Origin: Macrostomum hystrix
Lineage: Eukaryota; Animalia; Platyhelminthes
Direction: 5' to 3'
Length of the DNA: 64,000 nucleotides
NCBI GenBank assembly: GCA_950097015.1
Contig: CATNEN010000001.1
Location: 13,392,001 to 13,456,000, forward strand
Made by a program: the position numbers and the translations under genes. Of the stretch, positions 32,915 to 44,882 are shown piece by piece. Below the pieces are notes generated by a model that ran no database searches, had not been told where the DNA came from, and saw only the letters and a list, made by a program, of their open reading frames with translations. Positions within the stretch are counted from its first letter, which is position 1; every line of letters begins with the position of its first letter.

Positions 32915-33690
32915 CTACAGCGTGTTAACCTGTTCAAGCGACTTTAAAGCGTGATTTTATGCGTCTGTTTTCCTGTTTTGTTTGTTTAGTTGCTGTTTTA
33001 CTTCACGATTGACAATATATACTGGTTGCACTGACGAATTTCACTTACTTTGACGAATTCGAAGTCACTTTCTCGAAAGAAATTACCATAGACACCCTTT
33101 TCATTCCCTTGAGCGCTCTATAGTTTTATATAGGCTGACGAATTAGAAGTCACTTTTGACGAATCCGAAGTTGAAAAGGTATACTATCTATACCCATTGC
33201 CGAATATCCAAGAGACTTTCTCGCGTCTGACCGGGAGCAACTACTTCAGCAGCATAGTCTTAAACTCAGGTTACTGGCATGTACCCATCAAAGAAGAGCA
33301 TAAGTTCCTGACAGCCTTCTCTACCTTGACACGAGGACGTTTCAGAGACGAATGAATCTAGTATTAATGGTTATCCAGCACAAGTACGCTATGTAATACA
33401 TAGATGACATTGTTACGTACTCAAGGGAATTTGAAGATCACATGAGTCACCTACGAGAATTATTCCAGAGATAAGCAACTGCAGGACTAAAGCTGAGACC
33501 TAAGAAGTGTAAATTGTTCCAAAAGGAGTTGAGATATCTAGGTCATGTTGTAGGAAGAGAAGGAATAAGTACAGATCCTGCCAAAATCGAGGCGATTCAA
33601 ACTTGGACAACGTCACAAGATGTCAAAGAATTAAGAAGCTTCCTCGGCTTATGCAACTATTACTGCAGGTTTGTCAAGAATTATGCACAG

Positions 33691-36022
33691 TGAAGTGGGA
33701 GGGGCGTTTGCAAGCGCTGACCTGCACTCATGGGAGACGACTCCTAGGGCGGGCGACAGAGTCGACTTAAATGTCCGCCTAGCTACACGCGAGATGTCGC
33801 GGAGAGAGGGAGATGAAGGGGGAGAGAAGGGAGGTTCAGCGGATGCAGGGAGTGGTCCTATCGGCCTCAGGCTGGCCAGTCCCACTCGTCCCATAGGCCA
33901 CAGGCATGACTGCCGTGCCTACCCCAAGCAGTGCTCGAAACCGGCTAAAAGTCTAAGGGGAGGTGTCGGACTGCCCGGAATCGGACAGGACAGGGCTAAC
34001 TAGTCTACTGCCGTCAGTAGTGCGTGCGCAACTGACTCCTAACCTTGGTAGCGGTGGTCGAATCGGCCTAGGCTCCTGTCACAGAACTGCGGAAAGGCTA
34101 TCGGCAAAGCGGATAGTTGATCGAGGGTAGCGCCACGACCCAATGCGCCTACGTTGCCACCGCAGGCATTTGGGAACTTGGGTCCCCGGAGTACACAGCT
34201 CCTAGTTTATCACGCAGATCTAGACAAGCCGAAAAATAGGGCATTCTGCAACTTCCGTTTTAGACTGGGGTGAGAGCCCCAGAATGGATCGAGACACGCC
34301 TCAAAAGGGGATTCCTGAATTCGCGCTACAGGGGTCTAGAAAGGTGGTACTCAGAACTCGAATGAGAATCCATAGCCGGAATCCTACTCATGAAACATCA
34401 GACACATTCTTTACATTAGACTGCAGCCTACACATTAAGCAACTAACAAACCGAATCTGTGTGAGTTGAGGAAATCAGAGGCTGGAGAGATTAAGCAGAA
34501 CACTGGCTGAGTGATTACGCAAGCGCTGATTATTAGATCACACCCCTCGCTCCCATGGCCGCGGTTACGAGAGGCGGGGAATAGTAGGAGAGTTCAATTG
34601 GCAAAGGAATTTGACGCGCACACTGGAATCCGCCAGTGAGCGAGGGAAGCCGGCCAAGGAATCCCCCGCCACTAGGCAGCAATGCACCCGCTACATTCCG
34701 CATTTTACTCGCGAATCCTAGCTCCTTATTACTCTTATGCGCGCGTACAGTTGCCTTCCTGCCGCAGCCTTCGGCTCGGCATCACCAGAGCCCACCCCCT
34801 AGGGGATTAGCCACTCATCTCTGAGGGCTGTCTAACAGGTAAATAAAAATAGAGGCGGACACGGGATGAGAGGATTTAGATTGTTCTTAAATTGGCCTAA
34901 AGTAATTAGTGGCTTTAGAATTGTAAAGTTTATTAATCCGAGAGTCCTACCCTTGCCCGCTTTAGTTCCGCCTAGCTTAATAAATAGTCCCTTAGGATTA
35001 ACAATTAAAGACCGCTGCGCGGGTTACTTATCCGGATGTCGATCGGCCGCGTGCTGCAATCCCGTAGTTCTCGGGGAGAGGTAGGGCAAAGATAGCAAGG
35101 CAGAGAATGGATAAGCTTATTGCGATGCTGGCAGGGGCCAACGCACCAAGGAGCTCAAAGGCTCAATTAGAAGGCTCACCTAAAGAGGTGGCTGTCGCTA
35201 CGAGGGGGAGGGAAACAGGCAATGGGCCTGTGAGCGCTGATCTGAGCTTATAGCTCTAGGGTCTAAGCCCTATGTGGAGAATTGGGTCCGGAGTAAGTGC
35301 TCTGGGTCCGGTGGGAGTCCGGCTCGGCAATGGTAAGTCCGGCGGGTGAGAAGAAGGTCGGAGATGGTCCGCCGGGAAGGTCCTAGAGGGAGCAGCGCAG
35401 CGCGCTTGCTTAAATAGTCTTGCAGCACGCCAACCTCGTCATCCATCAAAATAACCCACATTCGCGCCAGCCTGTCAACGGGGAATCGAAGCGGCGATGG
35501 GCCACCCCGATTACCCAATGAACCGACGGCGGGAAACGACAGATGTTCTGCGCGAACAGCCGCCGGCAGTCGGCCAATGATTGTTACTCCGCCGGGACAA
35601 TGGGAAGCGCAGCCGCCGACCTGCCTACAGTGACATTTATATGTATCTAAAAGGAGGGAGGTCATAAAGTCGAGCTGGGCTCGAAGACTGTAAAGAAGTG
35701 GGGACATGAAGAATTAATGATCACTCATAATGCCCGAGTGTTTCCCGATATCTGATCGCGGTTTGGAGGGGAATTATGACCTAAACTACTCATACAATAA
35801 AAGTTATGGCCGCGATCAGTCATTCCTACAGGGGTCTAGACAGATCCAAGGAAAAGGGATTCGACGGCTACTTAATTCACCGCCGCCCCAAACCCGGCCC
35901 CAAGATTAATGATCTTGTTTGCGGCCAGCTGCTATGTGGGTCGCAATTATTAGATACTTAAAAATTTGAAAAATTCTGCTGGCTCACATTCCCACTCGAT
36001 TCCCGCAGCACACTCCACATCA
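33691..36022 (-). mobile_element. Solo LTR, 2332 bp
   Basis: TG...CA ends with short imperfect inverted repeats; 4-bp TSD ACAG; homologous to 50158-52257. On the minus strand, CCAAT boxes, TATTTAAG and AATAAA occur in LTR order. Confidence 0.8.
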
Positions 36023-36420
36023 ACAGGCAGGACATTCGCTGTTCCAACTAACTAAGAAAGGAGTCCAGAACTTTAATTACAAGGTAGTAATTACTTGCAT
36101 TGGTAGACGGAATGAAGCATTTTATATTTTACCTTATAGGAAAGCGACTCCTAGCCCGTACGGATCATAAGGCAATCTTGTGATTGCTCCGACAGACTGA
36201 GGCTCGAGGAATCTTAGGAAGATGGATTGAGAGGTTCAGCGAATTCCAATATGACATTGAGCACAGAAGTGGAGAAAAGCATGGAAATGAAGATGTCTAG
36301 ACGACCACCGGAGAAGTCCAATGAAGAAAAAGATCAGAAGAAAAAACTGCGAGCAGAAGCTCAACTTCCTGCTATTACGGTGAATCGAAATCAGTCGATT
36401 GTTTTAAGAGAAGAAATATC

Positions 36421-37010
36421 TTGACTTACTTGACTTGAGCTGCAGGGTGCTCCGTACAGGCGGACGCAGCGAGGAGGCGGAGGAGACCGCCCATTCCGCT
36501 AACCCCTGGCAAACCAGACGACCTCAGGAGAGGTGGTGTTGCTCAGGGTGGCCCGTCGGACTCGCCTGCTGCGTGGTCTTCCGCACTGTCAGTGGGGAAG
36601 ACGTTGGCTCGCCCAGTATTCCGGAGGTACCGGGCAAGCTGAGAGATGCTCTCGGGCCTGCAAACATCGGAGAGAGTTGGGTTAGGCCCAAGGTGTTCAA
36701 GCCTTGCCCTGGTGGGTTAAAACTGGGCAGTGGCAGATAAAGTGTTCGGCATTTTCGCTGCCCGAGCTACAAAATGTGTATTTGTCCACCAGGAGCTGGC
36801 CCTGGAGAAAGCGATGCCGAGAAAAACAGCCCTGCCCTGAGAGGGCCATGCTGACTGCGCGGAGATCTCTGCGGTTCAGCTTTAAGACGGACATGGGACC
36901 GCTGCCCTGGACTGCTTGCAGTTCTGGGTCTTGGTCTATCTGTCCAGGTGCTGTGCCTCCATCCAGCACTTCAGCTTGAGGTTGGTCACAGTGACGGGGA
37001 TAGGAGCGCC
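36421..37010 (-). mobile_element. 5'-truncated LOA-type LINE 3' end
   Basis: 13-bp TSD GAGAAGAAATATC (36408-36420 and 37011-37023); homologous to 11298-11890; (AAGTC) tail. Confidence 0.9.
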
Positions 37011-37234
37011 GAGAAGAAATATCAGAAAAACAGTCTCAATACAGCCTAAGCCTTGTGTATCAGAGCTGTCAGACTATTTGTATGGAGATACAAATAAAGA
37101 ATTCAATAAAAGAAGGCACAGCCAAAAATTAAGAGAGGTCGGATTACTAAGAAACGAAATGATCGGCAGAAGACTAAAGTCAAGGAGAAAAAGACAAGAA
37201 ATTAAAATGGATTGAGACTGAACCACTGTAGAAT

Positions 37235-38930
37235 GGGTCGCAATCGTCAGAAAAGGTCTCCTACGAAGCCAGAAATTTCAATCCTACTCTTCGTGGGTAA
37301 GCAAAGGAAGTTGAATTTTAAGATTCGAATTGGCTCGTCCGACTTTTCAACACGACAACCAAGTATTGTTTTTACGTCTATTCTTTAAATTATTTCTGAA
37401 GTGTCTTATTTTCTTACCCCATATTAACATCTTCCCCCTAGCAGTGTCGCTCCGAGCACATCAACGGCTGAGCCCATGGATCTTGCAAGCAATGAAGGTG
37501 GAATTCTTGATAACCCATATCAGCAGCTTCCAAGCAACTACCATGATAGTGTTTTCAGCTGAAAGTTCTTGGTTAGAGATACGCGCTTCATTGAAGCGTT
37601 CTTTTGCAACATTTTTTACTAGCACGGGGCTTTGCTGCGATTGTGGTGTTAACGCAGCAACGTTTCGATGCACAGCTTGCCATCTTTTGCAAGTCTGTAA
37701 GGCTTGTCTTGGCAAACATCGCCGAAATAATCCACCTCACGTAGTGGAAGAATGGAACGTAAGTTTCTGAAACGAATTGTTATGTTCAGAACCTGTAAAT
37801 GTAGAGTACTAAGTAATTTGTGATCAGTCTAGCCTATGAACATCTGCATGAAAGACGTTAGCAACTTTCGACTTCTGTAATTTAGATTCAGGAGAAAAGA
37901 AATTTTGCTGTGGCCATTCCAGTTTTGTCCTTTGAATCAACCAGACGAATATGTTTAAGAGATGGGCGTTTTCCCCGAGCTCGAAGCTCATCTTATCTTC
38001 GTTGCATTTTTTCATGATGGGGAGCCGATATTAAGCGGCTCAACAGGACCGAAGAAAGAAAAGGATCTGCCATAGACAGATAGCACATATAATACATATA
38101 AGCAAGGCAATATGCTTGAGTCCATAGTAAATACAATACAATTCCCATTTCCTGTAATGCTCATAAAATTTCTTCTCAGGGTCGCGCGTTTGAACAAATC
38201 AAGAATGACGTTCATCTAAAGCGCCGCTGTGGCTGCGAGCTTCCATCTTTAACTGCGACTGTATCGCTGATCACGGAAAATGGTATTGTCTTTACATGTG
38301 CCTTTGTATGACATCTTTAATTGCACTTCAAATTATGCACTGTTGATACTTGCTTAGATAATAGATGGTATTTACTTGATTGACGAACAATTTTTTACTT
38401 GCCAGTTTCCCTAAATCACTCTTTCAGCTGTTGAGCTTCATGCCACAATAGAGGTGTGCGATTGTGCTTCAATCTACACAGCCCTTCCACCTCACGGTTT
38501 CCTAGTGACTCAAGCGCCATCACTGTCTCCTGCGGTATGCAGTGCCGTATCAACAGCACTACTTCTCAGGACAGATTCTGTAGTTCGCTACTGTTCCGCT
38601 TCTCTGTCGTCAGTTTGTTCGGCATGGGAGAATCTCAACGGTCAAGTCTGGGGAAAATCTTCCGTAAGCCAATAGTTGCAGTGGAATCCTAAAATTTCAG
38701 CTGTTATTCCGGAAGGCTAATTAACAAACAACTTTTTTCCGTTCTCTGCTATCCCTTCTTTACTTTGACACCGTTGCTACTAAATAGATTTCCGCATAAT
38801 CTTTTGCAACTCAAAATTTCAGGTGAATATCTACCGATCGTTTAATACATTCGCCTGCTATTCGGCCTTTCAACGCCTTCTCCAAGACGTTCGATGGGAA
38901 AACCTGGTTTCTTGCCCTGCTTGCTTCCTG
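37235..38930 (+). pseudogene. CxC-type cysteine cluster / KDZ (Kyakuja-Dileera-Zisupton) transposase N-terminal relic with introns
   Basis: FRCTACHLLQVCKACLGKHRRNNPPHVVEEWN|gtaagt; EVCDC; IYRSF...SCPAC. Confidence 0.55.
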
Positions 38931-38989
38931 ATAAGTTACGATGCCTGTTCTCAGTGAATAGGTTTCCACCTTTATTAGTCGGGGCCTCG

Positions 38990-39195
38990 AGGAGGAGGGT
39001 AGGGGGCAGGGTAGAGGGGAGGGCAGTAATATTTTAGGGGCAGCGGAGGAGTGTAGAGGGCAGCGGAGAAGGGTAGGGGCAGCGGAGGAGGGTAGGGGGC
39101 AGCGGAGAGTGTAGGTGGCAGCGGAGTAGTGTAGAGGGCAGCGGAGAAGGGTAGGGGGCAGCGGAGGAGGAGGGTATGGGGCAGTGGAGGAGGGT
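38990..39195. repeat. G-rich minisatellite (about 21-bp GGGCAGCGGAGGAGGGTAGG)
   Basis: Directly visible. Confidence 0.85.
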
Positions 39196-39369
39196 TACGT
39201 TGCAGGAGATACAGAAAGAGATAAATTATGCATTCTATTTTATAGAATAGGGCCTAGTATAATTTATTGAGAATATCTTAAAATGCTAAATCTAACCTTA
39301 AAAAACTTGCGTTGATAAATCTAGCAAGAAATGCAACATCTTCTTATGCTTTATATTGCTTTATAGGCC

Positions 39370-40191
39370 CGAACAGGCGTGAAGCACATCAGAGACCTGG
39401 CACTGAAGCGCGCGATTTGACGCTCCCCCTCCCCCCAACGTCAGGCCCGTGTGAACTGCGCCAATCAGATCCGCAAGGTGTTCAGCAGCCGGGGCTTGGA
39501 TGACATCCTAAACTGCCTGGTTGTTGAGGATGAGACCTGGCTCCACCTGGATGGCAAAAGCAGCAAGGCAGACAATCGCTGCTGGCTGGGAGCTGGGGAC
39601 TCCAGGCTGACTGTGACCAGGAGGTCCATCTCAGACAAGAAGACCATGCTGCTGGTGGCATTCACGCCAAACAAACGAGTCTCCATCTGTACAACTCCGC
39701 CAAACACCAAGGTCGATGGCCAGTACTTCATCGACTTTGTCCGACACACTGGGAACCTCTGGCGCACGCTCCGGTCAAACCCGATTCACCTGAACGAAGT
39801 TCTGTGGCAGATGGACAACGCACGGCCCCACACCTGTCAGGCTGTTTCGGATTTTCTGGCTGGACGGCGAGTAAATCTGCTCTGGCAGAGTCCCTACAGC
39901 CCAGACTTCAACTTGTGCGACAGGTTTCTCTTTAAATGGCTGAAGGCAGACTTTTCCCAGAGAAGTTTCGCAAACCATGATGAGGTCAAAGAAGCCGCGT
40001 TGCACTGGTTCCGACAGCTGGAGGAAAAACACCTGCAGGCTGAGGTAGAGAAGCTGTACGAGCACTGCCAGAGGGTGATTGATATTGGGGGACACTATGT
40101 TGTTGATTGATACAGTTTCGTTCATCTGCGGATCATCGTTCATCGTTCATCTTCATCTATCATATTCGGGATGTTCGAAAACAGCCCTTCG
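39370..40191 (+). mobile_element. 5'-truncated mariner (DD34D) transposon; catalytic ORF 39451-40110
   Basis: EDETW, MDNARPH, SPYSPDFNLCD (34 residues between the last two Asp); probable right end ...CCCTTCG|TA. Confidence 0.88.
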
Positions 40192-40347
40192 TAAATATAC
40201 CGAAGATACACTCAGCATATTAGGAACCAATAACTATAAATACAGACCAATTTTACTAGGGAAAAGCAACCGTTTCGAAGCCTATTATAGAAACCGTTTA
40301 AATCTCCTCGTGAGCAATTATTACAAAGCCTTAATAATAATAATAAT

Positions 40348-40864
40348 TGCAGGAGGGCTGCGGGCAATGGCACATCATTTAGTGACACTAGACCCGCAGC
40401 CAGCGAGGAGGCAATTCTGCCCATTTCGCTGACTCCTGAGCACACACGCACACAAATACTGTACGCAGGCACTCGCTCGCACAGGTGTGTACATCTGCCC
40501 TGACTTTCTCATCGTCAGGCAGTGTACACTTCACTGTGTCTTGGAGGTTGGCCCTCAAGGGCGTCAATTGCACGACAAGCCCCAAAGCCTTCTCTCCGCG
40601 GCTGCGCCCCAAATAAATGTGGCCTCGCCGTGGAATCGAACTTAGGGACCGTGGTGCGAGAGGCAAACGCGTTAACCGCTCTGCCACTCACCCCCTTACA
40701 AAGCCTTACTTATTTCTAGAGTAAGTGGAAGCCGTGAATACTCCGATCCGGGGAAAGCCCGAGTACAGACTGGTCAGAGAGCCTGAATTATCTGACTAAA
40801 TTGTCTAAAATACCTGAGAGCAGTGTCTCTAGAATTGCCTAGATCTAATATCTAGAACACTACA
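40348..40864. mobile_element. LTR-like segment (TGCAG...CTACA)
   Basis: TG/CA termini and AATAAA. No TSD of its own and no second copy in the window. Confidence 0.35.
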
Positions 40865-40888
40865 GGCAGAAGGCCAGAACTATCATGT

Positions 40889-41660
40889 TGTGGCGGCCAG
40901 ACCAGCACGCTGCCGGCGCGGGCAGTGCACCTGCACTCAATCGGCCTGACTCACCCTGCCCGGGGGGTGGGTGCACCCAAACGGCCGGCGCGCTAAGCCG
41001 CAGGGTCTGGCACGGACTATGCGCACCTCCCCATGCCTCTCTGTCGCGCAGTATTTATATGCGACTGTGGAAAATAAAATTTGACCTACTCTCGCGCCAT
41101 TTCATTTTGCGAGTCGCTAAATTGGTGAGCCCGACAACCCCAGCCGTAGCTGAGGAATGACTACAGAGTCAGCCGTTGCACTCAAACTGCCCACGTTTTG
41201 GGCATCTCAACCTCGTATTTGGTTTGTTCAGGCCGAAGCTCAATTCGCTCTGCGGAAGATCTGACGACACGAAGTACAGCTACGTCATCGCGGCGCTCGA
41301 TCAGCAGACCGCCGAGCGGCTCATCGACGCGCTGGAGAATCCGCCGAGGGAAGAAAAGTACAAGAGGCTGAAGGAGCGACTGCTCGGCACCTTTGAGCTG
41401 TCCCGACAACAGCGGGCCAGCCGCCTGCTCAACATGTCCGGCCTCGGCGACAGGCGTCCCACGGAGTTGATGGACGAGATGCTCGCCCTGCTTGGAGACC
41501 ACCGGCCCTGTATGCTCTTCGAAGAGCTGTTCCGCCAGCAGCTGCCCGCTGAGGTCAGAATGGCAATGGCGACCGCCGACTTCAGCGACCCGTGGGAAGC
41601 AGCGCAGCTCGCCGACAAGCTGTGGGCCAGCCGGCCGCAGCTCGCCGCGGCCGAATCTCA
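40889..41660 (+). mobile_element. Second Gypsy family (X): about 233-bp LTR, tRNA-Trp-like PBS and truncated gag
   Basis: TGTGGCGG... LTR with TATTTATA and AATAAA; TGGTGAGCCCGAC at 41123; gag from ATG 41157 (KLPTFW...WFVQAEAQF...LGDRRPTELMDEM). Confidence 0.75.
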
Positions 41661-41946
41661 ACCTGACTCAATACCGTCAAATTCAGAGCAGGGTTCAAAG
41701 ACGAGGGAGTCTTAGAGTGATTCAGGAAGATCCCGAGGAAACAAGGTAATCTAGCCTGACTACCGGGTTGTTTCACTGCTAGGAAGCAACAGTGTTGGGG
41801 CCGGTACAAAATCCTCTCTGAATCCAGAGTCCTGTCTTGGTCATTTTACCAATTGTGTGTGCCACGCTACCACATGTACAACATTGGTGGCAAAGCGGTG
41901 TGATTCGAGTTAGCCTTTTTACTCATTCACTGCAGAAACGAACGCC

Positions 41947-43236
41947 ATGTCCCAAGAGGAGCTGGATTCTGATAGGGAAGAGAGGCAGCAGGTAGCCCGG
42001 AGGATGGAGTCTCACGGTGGCTGTGCGCTGCAGGAAGCTGCTGGCAGGAGTCGGTGGAACGGCTGCGGAAACGGCTGTGTCGGCAACGGCGAGGACAGCG
42101 AGAGCGACTTCGGCGACGACGACCAGTCCGGCGGCGAGGATAACGACCGGGGCGCAGCGGCAGCGGCAGCAAGGCGACGACGACCAAGGCTTGACGACAG
42201 GGCGACGGCTGACCTGGTGTACCGGATGCTCAACCTGATGGAGAAGCAGGTGTAACAGCAACAAGGTAGGACGGCGAAGATTGCCAAGTTTTCTCGGGGC
42301 CAGGACGTACATCTGTGGGTGGACGCGTTTGAAGCGTATTGCGCCCGGGCTGCGATTCGCAGTTCGGAGACACGCAAGGCCCTTCTACTCGACCACCTCG
42401 ATGTACAGTGCCTGAATGCCGTCCTCAGGATGAGGCTGCCCGAAGAGCTCACGTATGCCCAATTCAAGGAGCGTATTGTGGAGCGATTCGCGGAGCTGAG
42501 CAGTCCTGAGGAGTACCGAGACGAGTTCCGCAACCGCTATCAGAAGAAAGCGGAAACGCTTGATGACTATGCTGATGCGTTGCAGGGACTCAGTGAGCAG
42601 GCCTACACCAACCTTCGCCAGAGAGACTTGGACTATGAGTTGGTCGACCAGTTTATTAAGGGAGTTCGGACTTCGGTTGAGAACCGCAAGCACCTGCTGC
42701 GGACTCGCCCTAGAACACTCCTGGAAGTTAGGCGAGAGTTAAAGCGCCTAGAGGGGGTCGACGAGGCAGTCCAGAGGGCGAAGGATGGGCCGGCTCGGAT
42801 GGTGCACGGCGAAGACGAGGACCTGAATGCGCGGCCGCCACCGCAAGGTGTTACCGCTGCGCTGAAGGGACTCGAATCGCTGATGACCAAGATGATTGAG
42901 TGTCAGGGACTGCAGCTGCAGCATCAGCAAGAGATGCAGGAGATGCTGGTCCAGGCACTCAGCCGACCACAGGGGGCCGTGCAGCAGGAAGGACCGGCGC
43001 CGCCAAGAGGGGCATGCTTTGGTTGCGGAAAGTTTGGACACCTGAGGCGTGATTGCCCGACGAGGCCACCTAAGCCGCGTTACGAGCACCACGCTCAGGG
43101 GTACCTGAGAGAGCAACAGCAAGAGCCCAGGCAGCAGTCCGAGCTGCAGGCCCAAGGCACTCAGACGTCGGGAAACGGGACGGCGAGGAGCATGGAAGGC
43201 AATGCCCCTCGCAGTCCAGTTTCTGGACGAGCATGA
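41947..43236 (+). pseudogene. gag: G2 gag (in-frame stop at 42253-42255)
   Basis: Homologous to G1 gag; CFGCGKFGHLRRDC; G_GGA_AAC at 43170. Confidence 0.85.
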
Positions 43237-44882
43237 GGGGAACTGAGGAGCAAGCTGGAGGAGAGGGTAGGGGCTCTCCTAGCACCAGCTTCCTCGAGCG
43301 TTGGTATGCCTCCAACGCTGACCCCTATGTAAAGGCGATGGTTTCCAAGAAGACGGTGCCCTTTCTCCTGGACTCAGGGAGCAGGCGCTGTCTAATTGGA
43401 AGTGAGACATGGGCATCTCTGAGGCATGTAGTGCCGCACGCTGTGCTGACAGAGGGAGAGCGTGCCCTGTGCAACTTCGATGGTTCTCGGCTGCCAGTCT
43501 TAGGGCGAGTCGCCTTTGAGGTCAGGCTCGGCGACTACGCAGTCGACGTCGAGTTCTGCGTGACAAAGGGCGAACACGAGAACATCTTAGGAATTGATTT
43601 CATGCGCCAGCACACCCAGAAGATTGACTTTCCGAAGGGAATGCTGACCATGAAGTCAGGAACCAGAGTGACGCTGAGATTCACGAGGCGAGAGGCGAGG
43701 GCCAGTCGGGTTTACTCACTCGAGCAGACCACTGTGCCAGCGCGCTCTTCGATGCTCGTAGCGGTGAAGCTAGCGGGTGGCCGGACCGACTGTCACGGCA
43801 CGCCGCTGCTTGTTCAGTCCTAGAAATCGGGACTGAACTTGTTCAGTCCTTGAAATCGGGACTGAAGCCAGGGGCGTCTCAGGTCGAGATGGCCCCGACA
43901 TTGCTGACGATGGCTGACGGGACGGTGTGTTGAAGTCATCAACACCTCTTGCTTCCCGGCGGTCATTCGACGCAATGGACTTGTAGGGCTAGCGAGGCCA
44001 TTGAAGGCAGACGAACTCGAGTATCTAGTTCAGTTCAAACTGAAGCCAAAGAAGTGCCACCTGTTTAAGAGGGAGCTGCACTATTTAGGCCATGTGGTGA
44101 CACCTGAAGGCATCCTGACGAACGAGGACAAGATCGCCGAGCTCAGAGGCTGGCCGACACCTCGAAGCGCCAAGGAACTGCGCATCTTCTTGGGGTTGGC
44201 GCAGTACTACAAGAAGTTCGTCCGCAACTACTCGGGGATTGCAGCGCCATTGAACGAGCTCACTAAGCGGGATATTACCAGCTTGAAGGGTCTGTGGAAG
44301 ACAGAGCATGAGAGGGCTTTCCAGGGATTGAAGGATGTGTTGTGCTCTACGGAGGTACTGGCGTACCCGGAGTACACCTCTGACCCGAAAGTCACTTTCA
44401 TCCTCGACACAGATGCCTCTGATGACCGCATGGGAGCTTGTCTGAATCAGCTGCAGTCCGATGGAGTAGAGAGGCCTGTTGGCTACTACAGCCGGAAGCT
44501 GCGAGGGCCGGAGACCCGCTACACTACGACCCGCAAGGAATGGTTGGCAGTCGTAGATGCAATGCGGCATTTCCGGTACTTCCTGGTTGGCAAGAAGTTT
44601 GTCGTCCGGTCTGATCACAAGGCCCTGTTGTGGCTCATGCATCAGACTGAGGCGACAGGCATCTTGGGCCGTTGGGTTGAGAGAATGAGTGAGTTTGATT
44701 TCACCATTGTTCATCGTCCTGGAAAGTCTCACCAAAATGCTGACTCGATGTCGAGAAAGCCGGATAACCCGGTCAATTGTTCTTTTGGGGTATTAACGCC
44801 CCACAACCAGTTCGGTGCGAGTGCTTGCACCCGCCAATTTTCGAGTCAGCTGGAGGAGGGAGGGACAGGAAAGGGGCGATGA
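43170..44882 (+). pseudogene. pol: G2 protease and RNase H with the RT core deleted near 44030
   Basis: FLLDSGS; jumps directly to KLKPKKCHLF with no YxDD; LDTDASD, NADSMSR. Confidence 0.85.

Larger units (their letters stand above)
33183..37215 (+). pseudogene. Decayed Gypsy RT/RNase H fragment hosting a solo LTR and a truncated LINE
   Basis: YPLPNIQ, GYWHVP, YIDDIV, LRPKKC, RSFLGLCNYY; resumes at 36027 with TDHKAI and GILGRWIERF; many stops. Confidence 0.75.
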
